The notes below the pieces were generated by a model. It worked only from the letters and a program-made list of their open reading frames with translations, was not told the DNA's origin and ran no database searches. Below, piece by piece: positions 30,342-39,933 of a DNA stretch of 64,000 nt. The translations under genes and the position numbers were made by a program. Numbering within the stretch: position 1 is the stretch's first letter; each line of letters begins with the position of its first letter. The stretch is from Candidatus Dadabacteria bacterium CSP1-2 (GTDB taxonomy: Bacteria > Desulfobacterota_D > UBA1144 > Nemesobacterales > CSP1-2), in NCBI GenBank assembly GCA_001443445.1, contig LDXN01000008.1:3707-67706 (forward strand). Direction: 5' to 3'.

Positions 30342-31466
30342 ATGACTATGAGAAGAGGAGAGAGAGTGTATTATGTTAAGGATTTAATCCAGTCAGTCCC
30401 TCTTCACCCGCCAAAAAGAATATTTGACGAGCTTGAAAGGTTAGGTTATCGAGGCCAATCAGGAGCAAGGCGTGCAGTATCTCTTGCCGCATATCGTCAC
30501 GTTAAGAGGCTTAAGCTCTTACACACCAAAAAGGTTCCAAGACCGGAGCTTCCTCCAAGGCCTAACTCAATCCTGATGGGGCCCACGGGATGCGGTAAGA
30601 CTTATCTCATTGAACTTCTATTCGGGGAGATATTTAAAATACCATATGTCATAGTGGATATGACTAAGTTCACTGAATCCGGCTATGTAGGGGATGATGT
30701 TGTAAATATGCTTGTTCAACTTGTTTACACTGCAAATGAAAGTATTGATATTGCTGAATGCGGTGTTGTTGTCCTGGACGAATTTGATAAGATAGCAGGT
30801 GCATTTAGCACTGCAAGGTTTGCAGGACAAGGAACTACAAAAGACGTTTCTGGATATGGTGTCCAGAGGGAGCTACTTAAAATCCTTGAAGGGGCTGATG
30901 TGCAGATCCCACTTGATTTCGGGTTCTCAAGCCGTGGTCCAAGGGCACTGATTTCAACAAGGGATATAACCTTTTTTGCTGTTGGAGCATTCTCAGGAAT
31001 AAGGAGCTTATTTGAAAAAGGCGGAGTGGGGTTTCTTCAAAAATTGGAAGAAGATGGAGAGGCAGATGAATCAATTGCCTATAAATTGAGCGAAGAGGAA
31101 GCTGATGATGTGACACGGTTTCATCTATTCGGATTTCTTCCAGAGCTCATTTCAAGGTTCAACAGAATTGTACCGTTTTCTCCTCTTGATAAAGACACAC
31201 TAAGAGACATCTTTCTTCTTAAGGTTCAAAAATACAAAAAGGAGTTTGAAGAAGAGGGATTCCAGCTACACATAGAGCCAAAGGTGGCTGATTTCGTCAT
31301 AAAAGAAGCCGTTAAGAGGCAGACAGGAGCAAGAGGATTAGATGTTCTTATGTCTAAACACCTAGAAGAGGTAGCCTTTGAGATATTCGGAAAAGGTGAT
31401 GAGGGAGAGGTCATGCTCACTGTAGCCTCCGGAAAGGTCTCTCATATAGTAAAGAGGCGCGCATGA
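30342..31466 (+). CDS. ClpX-like AAA+ ATPase without the N-terminal zinc-binding domain
   Basis: GPTGCGKT, TESGYVGDDV, LDEFDKI, GVQRELLKILEG and TGARGL; no N-terminal C4 motif. Confidence 0.85.
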   Translation: MTMRRGERVYYVKDLIQSVPLHPPKRIFDELERLGYRGQSGARRAVSLAAYRHVKRLKLLHTKKVPRPELPPRPNSILMGPTGCGKTYLIELLFGEIFKIPYVIVDMTKFTESGYVGDDVVNMLVQLVYTANESIDIAECGVVVLDEFDKIAGAFSTARFAGQGTTKDVSGYGVQRELLKILEGADVQIPLDFGFSSRGPRALISTRDITFFAVGAFSGIRSLFEKGGVGFLQKLEEDGEADESIAYKLSEEEADDVTRFHLFGFLPELISRFNRIVPFSPLDKDTLRDIFLLKVQKYKKEFEEEGFQLHIEPKVADFVIKEAVKRQTGARGLDVLMSKHLEEVAFEIFGKGDEGEVMLTVASGKVSHIVKRRA

Positions 31467-32875
31467 TGGATTCGACAAGCTCACCACAGGTGGATTCGAC
31501 TCTTCGACAAGCTCAGAGCTCACCACAAAAGGTATCTATTGTAAGCCTGGGCTGCTCAAAAAACCTTGTAGATAGCGAATTAATTCTCGGCTCACTCAAA
31601 AACGCAGGATACGAAATCTCATCTGAGAAAGAAGCGGATTTAATAGTCGTAAACACTTGTGGGTTTATTGCAGACGCAAAGAAGGAATCTATAAACACGA
31701 TAATCGAGCTTTCACAATACAAACACCATGGTAACTGTAAGAAGCTAATCGTTACAGGATGCCTTGTTGAGAGATATGCGGATGAGCTTAAAAGGGAACT
31801 TCCTGAAGTGGATGCCTTCTGGGGCACAGGCGACCTCCTAAAGATTGGGGAGATTCTGGGAATGAAAAAGATTAAGAAAATCTACAAGTCTACTCCCGGA
31901 ACACTCTATGACCCAGATAGTCCAAGGGTTCTTACAACACTCCCCCATACAGCTTATGTGAAAGTTTCTGAAGGGTGCTCAAGAACTTGCTCTTTCTGCA
32001 TAATTCCAAAACTAAGGGGTCTTATGAAAAGTAGACCCGCTGATTCTATCGTCGGAGAGGTAAGGAATCTAGCAAATCTTGGAGTCAAGGAGATAAACCT
32101 CATTGCTCAGGATATGACAAGCTATGGAAGGGACATCGGAACGAATCTAGAAAACCTGCTTCGAGAGCTTGTAAAAGTAGATGGTATAAAGTGGATGAGG
32201 CTTCTTTACTGCTATCCCTGGGGATTTACAGATTCCCTTGTAAGGCTCATTGCTGAAGAAGAAAAGATACTGAATTACATAGATATGCCTCTTCAACACA
32301 TAAACGATAGAATCCTGAAACTCATGGATAGAGGAACTACAAGTGCTAGAATTAGGAATATTATTGATAAGCTTCGTAAGGAAATTCCAAATCTAACGCT
32401 TCGCACCACATTCATCGCGGGATTTCCGAGTGAAACCGAAGAGGAGTTTAAAGAGCTTCTTGATTTTGTAGAAGATATGAGATTTGAAAGAGCTGGGGCT
32501 TTTAAGTACTCGCAAGAAGAAGGAACTAAAGCAGGTGAGATGCCTCATCAAATTCCTGATGAAGTAAAAGAAGAAAGATACGAAAGACTACTGGAAGTTC
32601 AATCCGAGGTTTCTCTGAATAAAAATCGAACGCTTATTGGAACCATCCACGAGGGCTTTATCGAAGGCACCGAGAACGGCAATTACATCGCCAGAATCCC
32701 CTCACAAGCGCCTGAGGTTGATGGGGTGACGTATATAAGTGGTTCCCCAAAAACCCTCCCTCCAGATAGCTACCCCAGATCCCAAAGAAACAAGAGACTA
32801 AAAGTCGGCGACTTGGTAAAAGTCTCGATCACCGATGCGGATATTTATGACCTGTTTGGGAAAGTAGTAAGTTAG
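31463..32875 (+). CDS. rimO: Ribosomal protein S12 methylthiotransferase, with repeat-derived N-terminal extension
   Basis: SLGCSKNLVDSE, NTCGFI, CSRTCSFC and APEVDG. Confidence 0.95.
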   Translation: MMDSTSSPQVDSTLRQAQSSPQKVSIVSLGCSKNLVDSELILGSLKNAGYEISSEKEADLIVVNTCGFIADAKKESINTIIELSQYKHHGNCKKLIVTGCLVERYADELKRELPEVDAFWGTGDLLKIGEILGMKKIKKIYKSTPGTLYDPDSPRVLTTLPHTAYVKVSEGCSRTCSFCIIPKLRGLMKSRPADSIVGEVRNLANLGVKEINLIAQDMTSYGRDIGTNLENLLRELVKVDGIKWMRLLYCYPWGFTDSLVRLIAEEEKILNYIDMPLQHINDRILKLMDRGTTSARIRNIIDKLRKEIPNLTLRTTFIAGFPSETEEEFKELLDFVEDMRFERAGAFKYSQEEGTKAGEMPHQIPDEVKEERYERLLEVQSEVSLNKNRTLIGTIHEGFIEGTENGNYIARIPSQAPEVDGVTYISGSPKTLPPDSYPRSQRNKRLKVGDLVKVSITDADIYDLFGKVVS

Positions 32876-32956
32876 ACCCTACTTAAACCCTCTTATCCCA
32901 TTTTCAAGAAAAGATTTAATCGTATTATTTCCGATTCTTTTGGATGCTTACTCCTC

Positions 32957-33046
32957 CCCCCATCCTAACCTTCCCCCACTAAGAGGGGGAAGGGATAAAA
33001 AAATTTCCTTTCCTCCCCCTTTTATGGGGAGGACCAAGGTGGGGGT
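32957..33046. repeat. C-tract/G-tract REP-like pair
   Basis: CCCCCATCCTAACCTTCCCCC..GGGGGAAGGGA followed by CCTCCCC..GGGGAGGACCAAGGTGGGGG. Confidence 0.7.
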
Positions 33047-33101
33047 TAAAATAAACCCGATTGTTGAATACTTTCTGACTTATAAATATACTCCATAGAA
33101 A

Positions 33102-34028
33102 ATGAAAATAATATTCATGGGAACTCCGGAATTTGCTGTGCCTTCTCTGAGGGCTCTAGTTGATTCGGGAGACGAGGTTGTCGCAGTTGTAACCCAGCCT
33201 GATAAACCTAAGGGGCGAGGGCTTGAGGTTGCCCCGCCTCCGACAAAGGTTCTTGCAGAAAGACACGGTATTCCTGTTTTGCAACCTGCTAAGATTAAAA
33301 CGGAGGAGTTTTTTAACGAGCTTAAAAAATTTAATCCAGACTTAATCTGTGTTGCTGCATACGGGAAAATCCTGCCCAAGAATATACTTGATCTCCCCCA
33401 CTACGGTTGTATCAATGTCCACGCATCACTTCTTCCCAAATATAGAGGTGCGGCTCCGATCAACTGGGCGATAATTCGAGGAGAAAAGGTTACGGGAATT
33501 ACTACGATGAAAATGGATGAGGGCATGGATACGGGCGATATGCTCCTTAAAAAAGAGGTACCCATTGAAGATGAAGATACCGGAGAAACCTTATCCGAGA
33601 AGCTTTCCGAAATAGGAGCCAGGCTTCTAATCGAAACCATAAGGCTTCTCAAAGAAGGACAGCTCAATCCCATTCCTCAAGATCATTCACAGGCTAACTA
33701 TGCACCGATGCTTAAAAAAGAGGATGGAAAGATAGACTGGCAAAAATCGGCTGAAGAAATCAGAAACCTGATTCGTGGAGCACTTCCATGGCCCAGTGCC
33801 TATACAAATCTTGAGGGAAAACTCCTAAAAATATATAAAGTTCGCCTTGCTGGTGGTGAAGGGAAGCCAGGAGAGGTGATAAAATCCGAGTCTGGAATTT
33901 TAAGAGTCGCAACAGGGAAAGGAGCACTAGATATTCTGAAACTTCAAATTGAGGGAGGGAAAAAACTAGAAACCCAGGTGTTTTTAAGAGGAAGAAGGAT
34001 TGAAGAGGGGATGGTATTGGGAGATTAG
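33102..34028 (+). CDS. fmt: Methionyl-tRNA formyltransferase
   Basis: FMGTPEFA, TQPDKPKGRG and HASLLPKYRGAAPI. Confidence 0.97.
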   Translation: MKIIFMGTPEFAVPSLRALVDSGDEVVAVVTQPDKPKGRGLEVAPPPTKVLAERHGIPVLQPAKIKTEEFFNELKKFNPDLICVAAYGKILPKNILDLPHYGCINVHASLLPKYRGAAPINWAIIRGEKVTGITTMKMDEGMDTGDMLLKKEVPIEDEDTGETLSEKLSEIGARLLIETIRLLKEGQLNPIPQDHSQANYAPMLKKEDGKIDWQKSAEEIRNLIRGALPWPSAYTNLEGKLLKIYKVRLAGGEGKPGEVIKSESGILRVATGKGALDILKLQIEGGKKLETQVFLRGRRIEEGMVLGD

Positions 34029-34061
34029 AACCAATTCTCTATGGAAATATCGAATAAAAAA

Positions 34062-34122
34062 GTAGGGTCGAACATCGCGTTCGCCCATAATGGGAATGGG
34101 CAACCGCAAGGGTTGCCCCTAC
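34062..34122. repeat. GTAG REP pair (REPIN)
   Basis: GTAGGGTCGAACATCGCGTTCGCCC and GGGCAACCGCAAGGGTTGCCCCTAC; the latter is identical to 13668-13692. Confidence 0.9.
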
Positions 34123-34236
34123 AGGTTTTATGCTGTATTTCAAAACAGAATTAGTATTAATTGCATGATTCGGAGCAAACTAAGTGGTTAATTATCTAGC
34201 TAATTGGTGTATTAGATTTAGCTCTATACTTTTTCT

Positions 34237-34605
34237 CTAAATACTCAACACCACCTCAAAAAAACCAATCTTTACTTTAGATGCAATTCCATTCTTCCAG
34301 CATATATCTCGTGCTGCGTTTTGCAATTCTTTTGGGACTAAAAGCACAAGCTGAGTGCCAAGATTTGATAGCTCTCTCCACTCTTGAACCTCTTCTTCAT
34401 TAATAGTCTCCTGGGTCTCTACCTCTGCTATCAACATAATCTGACCGTAGTTTACAAAAACTACATCGGGATAATGCCCTTTAAACTCAAAATTTTTTTC
34501 TTGCCCAGGATTTGTATGGACTTCTTTGTAGAGTCTTGAGTATTTCTCTTTTATCTTGCTAATTACCCAATCGTGGAGAAACTGTTCATCCCTAGACCGC
34601 TCCAT
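34237..34605 (-). CDS. Hypothetical protein, possible PD-(D/E)xK fold
   Basis: YPDVVF...IAEVET spacing; overlaps the nadK end. Confidence 0.55.
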   Translation of the reverse strand: MERSRDEQFLHDWVISKIKEKYSRLYKEVHTNPGQEKNFEFKGHYPDVVFVNYGQIMLIAEVETQETINEEEVQEWRELSNLGTQLVLLVPKELQNAARDICWKNGIASKVKIGFFEVVLSI

Positions 34606-35455
34606 ATCTTTCTCCCCACTTAAGCTTGGTTTTAAGAATCGTAAAATAATCTCTGAATGGGGATTTAATCAACTTAACAGATGTGTCAGCCTTTCGTACC
34701 TCAACTACATCTCCCATATTCAAGCTGACTCCTACCTGTCCGTCTAGTGTAAGGTAAATATCCGGTGTATCTGTAAGAACCTTGACCCTGATTGTAGTTT
34801 CATTGGAAACAACTAGAGGTCGGTCGGTAAGGGTATGTGGACAAATCGGAGTAATGATTGTAAGAGGAAGCGTTGGATAAACAATGGGACCCCCAGCAGA
34901 AAGAGAATAAGCAGTAGAGCCTGTTGGAGTTGAAAGGATTATTCCATCTGCCTTAAAGGTGGTTACATGAGAATCGTTTATATATATTGCAAGATCAATT
35001 ATTCTTGCAACTGCTCCTTTGTTAACTACAACATCGTTAAGAACCAGGTAATTCCCTATTCTTTCATTCCTTCTATGAATAGTTGCATCAAGCATTTCTC
35101 TTTTTTCGATTTCGTATTTGCCAGAAAGGATATACTCCATCATGGGATAGAGCTCATCGAGGGTAATCTCGGTGAGGAAGCCCAGTCCTCCAAGATTTAC
35201 TCCTAAAATCGGAATATCGTATTTTGAGACAAGGCGGGCAACTCCAAGAAAAGTCCCATCTCCACCAAAAACTAAAACCAGATCTACAAGTTCAGGGAGT
35301 TCGCTTCGTGGAACAGAGCTTTTATGCCCAATTACCGCTGCAAGTTCTTTCTCAACATAAACCTCAATGCCCTTCTTTTCAAGCAACTTGGATAGTTCTG
35401 TTGTAATCTCAAAGGTTTCTTTTTTCTTGGTATTGCCGATAATACCGATCCTCAA
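34592..35455 (-). CDS. nadK: NAD kinase
   Basis: GGDGTFL, GLGFL, LNDVV, STPTGSTAYSLSAGGP and PICPH. Confidence 0.96.
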   Translation of the reverse strand: MRIGIIGNTKKKETFEITTELSKLLEKKGIEVYVEKELAAVIGHKSSVPRSELPELVDLVLVFGGDGTFLGVARLVSKYDIPILGVNLGGLGFLTEITLDELYPMMEYILSGKYEIEKREMLDATIHRRNERIGNYLVLNDVVVNKGAVARIIDLAIYINDSHVTTFKADGIILSTPTGSTAYSLSAGGPIVYPTLPLTIITPICPHTLTDRPLVVSNETTIRVKVLTDTPDIYLTLDGQVGVSLNMGDVVEVRKADTSVKLIKSPFRDYFTILKTKLKWGERYGAV

Positions 35456-35758
35456 AACCTATGCCTCCAACTCAATCGGCTGCCATTCGTGGAGTTTTTT
35501 GCAGTCTATGGAGTGTGAATATAATATACGTTGGCGGGTTAAAGAATCAAATATCAAGAAGCATGAGACAAGATGCAAGATGAACGATACATAATTCATA
35601 CATCATGAATCATTTTATTTGTGGCAAAATTGTGGAAAGAGAGGGAAAACGTTAAATCGATTAGCCTCTGCCTTCTACATTTTCTCATCCGCAGAGCCTC
35701 CAAATGCGGGACTAGGAAGTCCTCGTCAAGCTCAGACGAGACATCCTGACTATCCTTG

Positions 35759-36884
35759 CTAATTTGACATCTCTTCTTTCTTCTTCTCCCCCGCTTCGTA
35801 AAGCAGATAGCTTTTTATAAATTCACTTAAGTCACCATCAAGTATCGGCTCAACGTTCCCCGTTTCGTATCCAGTTCTATGATCCTTAATCATCCTATAT
35901 GGATGCAGCACATAGGAACGAATCTGACTACCCCATGCTATGTCCTTCTTTGTTGCATGTAGCTCTTCGAGCTTCTCTCTTTGTTTTTCTTTTTCAAGTT
36001 CGTATAGCCTTGCACGAAGAACCTTCATCGCTACAACACGATTTTGATGCTGAGAACGCTCATTCTGACAACTAGCCACTATCCCGGTCGGAAGATGTGT
36101 AATCCTCACAGCAGAGTCGGTTTTATTTACATGCTGGCCACCCTTGCCACCTGCTCGAAATGTATCAATCCTTAAATCCTTCTCATCAATCTCCACTTTA
36201 ATATCTTCATCTATCTCAGGCGAAACAAATACGGATGCAAAAGAGGTGTGTCTTCTCCTGTTTGCATCAAATGGAGAAATACGCACTAGACGATGCACGC
36301 CACTTTCTGCTTTGAGATACCCATAGGCATAAGAACCCTTTACAAATAATGTTGCGCTTTTTATTCCAGCTCCATCTCCCGGTTGATAGTCGAGCATTTC
36401 TACTTGGTATCCGTTTCTTTCCCCATACCTGAGATACATTCTAAGAAGCATCTCAGCCCAATCTTGTGCCTCTGTTCCACCTGCGCCTGCATTGATAGAA
36501 ACTATGGCATTCTTTTCGTCATCCTGATCGCCGAGCATTCTTTTAAATTCCATGCTCTCGATTTTGCCTTCGATATAGGAGATTTTTACTTGAGTCTCTT
36601 TTGCCGTTTCTTCATCCTCCTCTTCAGAGGATAGCTCCGCCAACACCTCCGCATCCTCAAGTTCATGGTAGAGATTCCCTAGGTCATCAATAATGCTTTT
36701 TAATTGTGCCCGTTCCTTCAGTACTTCTTGAGCCTTTTCAGGTTCTGTCCAGAAGTTTGAGGCACTAATGATTGTTTCTAATTCTACTAGGCGTGATTTC
36801 TTCTTAGGAAGGTCAAAGAAAGTCCCCTAGGATTTGTATTCTCTTTTTCAAATCTTCAATTTTCTCTTTGTTTTCTGCAAACAT
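35759..36884 (-). CDS. prfB: Peptide chain release factor 2 with programmed +1 frameshift
   Basis: 23-codon ORF from ATG 36884 to CTT-TGA-C (36818-36812), preceded by internal SD AGGGG; SPF and GGQ motifs. Confidence 0.96.
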
Positions 36885-37020
36885 AAAATTAAACCCTCCA
36901 TGTTCATATATAAATTAATATAAGATCTGAATGTGATAAAAACAAGTCGTTAGTTGAATTATCCCTGGTGTAAGGTAAATTTTTAAAATCTATCCATAGA
37001 CAAAAAGGAGAATATTTAGC

Positions 37021-38160
37021 GTGAAGAAATACCTCTTTACACCCGGTCCTGTCCCTGTTCCAGAGGATATACTCCTTGAGATGGCAAGGCCTATAATACA
37101 TCACAGGACTGTAGAGTTCGAAAACATATTTGCCGAGGTTAGGGAGGGACTCAAGTACATATTTCAAACAAAAGAAGAGGTATTTGTACTTGCTTCTTCA
37201 GGCACAGGGGCAATGGAAGGGGCAGTTACGAATACACTTTCTCGCGGAGATCCTGCTCTTGTTGTAAATGGTGGAAAGTTCGGCGAGAGATGGGTAAAAA
37301 TCTGTCAGGCTTATGGCATTGAAGTCCATGAAATAAAGGTTGAATGGGGTGAAGCTGTTGATCCTTCTGAGATAAAAGGCGCCCTTAGCAAGAATCCTTC
37401 AATCCGTGCAGTTCTAATCCAGGCAAGTGAAACATCAACCGGAGTTATGCATCCGACAAAAGAGATTGCTGAAATTACAAAAGAAAGGGATGACGTTATT
37501 CTAATAGTAGATGGAATTAGCGCAGTTGGTGTATTCCCCCAACCCCTTGATGCATGGGGTATAGATGTTCTTATCGGAGGCTCTCAAAAGGCGTTTATGC
37601 TCCCTCCAGGACTCGCATTTGCCGCTTTGAGTAAAAAGGCGTGGAAATTTAATGAAAGATCGAATCTGCCCAAGTTCTATTTTGATTTCAAAAGGTATCT
37701 CAAAGATGCAAAGAGTAACACCACACCATGGACACCAGCTATAACTCTTGTCATAGGTCTTGCTTCGGTTCTAAGAAACTTTAAAAATGAAGGCCTTGAG
37801 AAAATGTTTCAGCGCCACGCAAGGCTTGCTCAAGCTACAAGAGAAGCGATAAAAGCAATAGGGCTTGAACTCTATGCGAAGCATTCGCCGAGCACCGCTC
37901 TTACAGCAGCCATTTCTCCCGGAGATATAAACGCAGGAAAGATTATAAGCGGACTGAGAGACAGATTTGGAATGACCCTTGCTGGAGGACAGGACCAGGC
38001 GAAAGGAAAGATCTTTAGAATCTCTCATATGGGATTCATTGATAGGGCTGATATCATTGCCGTTATCTCGGCTCTCGAATGCATTCTTAGAGATCTTGGA
38101 TATAAATTCGATTTTGGAGCCGGGTCAAGAAGGGCCTCTGACATTTTGGGAGTGGAATAA
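37021..38160 (+). CDS. Class V aminotransferase (alanine-glyoxylate/serine-pyruvate family)
   Basis: TPGP, SSGTGAMEG, ETSTGV and GSQKAFMLPPG. Confidence 0.9.
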   Translation: MKKYLFTPGPVPVPEDILLEMARPIIHHRTVEFENIFAEVREGLKYIFQTKEEVFVLASSGTGAMEGAVTNTLSRGDPALVVNGGKFGERWVKICQAYGIEVHEIKVEWGEAVDPSEIKGALSKNPSIRAVLIQASETSTGVMHPTKEIAEITKERDDVILIVDGISAVGVFPQPLDAWGIDVLIGGSQKAFMLPPGLAFAALSKKAWKFNERSNLPKFYFDFKRYLKDAKSNTTPWTPAITLVIGLASVLRNFKNEGLEKMFQRHARLAQATREAIKAIGLELYAKHSPSTALTAAISPGDINAGKIISGLRDRFGMTLAGGQDQAKGKIFRISHMGFIDRADIIAVISALECILRDLGYKFDFGAGSRRASDILGVE

Positions 38161-38190
38161 GGTTCATAAGTAATATTATGTACTAAGGTT

Positions 38191-38269
38191 GTCATTCCTG
38201 CATGTATTAAGCGGGAATCCAACATTTCAAGCACATTATGGATGTCCGATAAATACATTCGGGCATGAC
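38191..38269. repeat. GTCATTCC...GGAATCC / GGAT...ATGAC REP pair
   Basis: Same architecture as 51813-51959. Confidence 0.7.
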
Positions 38270-38399
38270 AAAAGTAACACATGCTTAACGGGAGTTCATA
38301 AGAAATTCCTAGACCTTAAGACAGCAAGGAGAACACAGAGTTTATGAATGAAAAAAAGAATCCCTCTCCGTGAACTCTGTGGTCTCTGTGGCAAAATCA

Positions 38400-39638
38400 G
38401 TGAAAACCACAATTAAATTCATTCATCTTTCTGACATTCATATCGGGTTTGAAACTCACGGAAAGTTAAATCCCATAACGGGGAGAAATACAAGGCTTGA
38501 AGATGTATTACGCTGCCTAGATTCAGTTTTTGAAACTGCTATTCGAGAGTCAGTAGATTTAGTCCTAATAGCTGGTGACGTTTTCCATAGAGAAAACCCC
38601 CATCCTACGGAAGAGACTGAGTTTGCAAAGAGAATATCGAAACTCGTCTCTCAAGGTGGAACACAGGTTATTATAGTACTTGGCAACCACGACTATCCAA
38701 CAAGCTTTGGAAAAGCCGCTGCTGTTGAAATATTTCCTGCTCTCAATCTTGAAGGAGTAACAATCGCAAAAAGACCTGATATTTACCCTGTAATTACAAA
38801 AAATGGACAAGTTCAGATTGCCTGCATTCCTTGGGCAAGAATTAGCACGTTACTAACAAAGGACGAATACAAATCGCTTTCTTCGGATGCGCTTCAGTTA
38901 GAAACTGAAAGAAGGCTAATACATATAATACGTGACTTAATTAGGAGAATAGAAAGCACATATCCTGCTGTTTTTCTAGGACATATTGCTCTAAGAGAGG
39001 CAACGCGTTCAGGTACAGAAATGACCACTCTTCTTACACAAGACCCATCAATCCCAAGGGGTGAGCTTGCAAACTCTGCGTTTACCTATGTAGCTCTCGG
39101 TCATGTACATAAATTTCAGAATTTGAATAAGGGTAATAAACCTCCAATAGTTTATTCAGGTAGTCTAGAAAGGATTGACTTTTCAGAAGAAAAAGAAAAA
39201 AAGGGATTTGTCATAGGTGAGATATTTAGAGATGAAAGCGGTTGGGAATGTAATTATGAATTTATTGAAACGGAAGCAAGAAGGTTTCTTACCATAGAAG
39301 CTGCAGAGAAAGATATAAACACAAGCGAAGAAATCATTAACATAATTAAAAAAGAGGATGTCCGAGATGCCGTTGTTAGAGTAAAGTTAAGAGCATCAAA
39401 ATCAGAACAAGTCGATGAAAAAAGAATTAAGGAAGCTCTAAATGAGGCTTATTCAATAAAAATAGAAAAAATCTTTGAAAAGCAAGAAAAGATATTCAGG
39501 CAAGCAGAATTATCAAAATCTATGGATATTGTGGAGGCTTTGGATAAATATATCAGCACTAAACCGGAACTTAAAAATATTGCCGAAGATATGAAAAGGT
39601 ATGCGGCAGATCTTATTCAAAAATCAAAAGAAATCTAA
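38400..39638 (+). CDS. sbcD: SbcD/Mre11-family nuclease subunit
   Basis: SDIHIG, AGDVF, GNHD, LGHVH and YSGS; the track's extra N-terminus NSVVSVAK comes from a 9-mer repeat. Confidence 0.88.
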   Translation: MKTTIKFIHLSDIHIGFETHGKLNPITGRNTRLEDVLRCLDSVFETAIRESVDLVLIAGDVFHRENPHPTEETEFAKRISKLVSQGGTQVIIVLGNHDYPTSFGKAAAVEIFPALNLEGVTIAKRPDIYPVITKNGQVQIACIPWARISTLLTKDEYKSLSSDALQLETERRLIHIIRDLIRRIESTYPAVFLGHIALREATRSGTEMTTLLTQDPSIPRGELANSAFTYVALGHVHKFQNLNKGNKPPIVYSGSLERIDFSEEKEKKGFVIGEIFRDESGWECNYEFIETEARRFLTIEAAEKDINTSEEIINIIKKEDVRDAVVRVKLRASKSEQVDEKRIKEALNEAYSIKIEKIFEKQEKIFRQAELSKSMDIVEALDKYISTKPELKNIAEDMKRYAADLIQKSKEI

Positions 39639-39730
39639 ATTATATATTTACCCAAAAACAAACGTAATTACTTTATTATCGCTAGAGCAAAGTGAAGCGC
39701 TGAGTAGCGCGAGGCTAAAAATCCTAGTCC

Positions 39731-39848
39731 GTCATTTGCAAGGAATACTTCGACTAAGCTCAGCATAGATTCCACGACAAAGCAATCCCAAAAGAGAGAT
39801 TGTCTTCGGCTCGTAACGACAAACTATACGCTTCGCTAGCGCAATGAC
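39731..39848. repeat. GTCATT-type REP cluster with a mini-element insert at about 39746-39769
   Basis: GTCATTTGCAAGG..TACTTCGACTAAGCTCAGCATAGA..GCAATCCC..GAGATTG..GCAATGAC. Confidence 0.7.
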
Positions 39849-39933
39849 AGGAAAAAGGCAATTAGTATAGACGCTCAAGAAAAGTTACTTATATAATTAA
39901 CCATAAATCGTTTAAAAAAAGGAAAACTCAACT

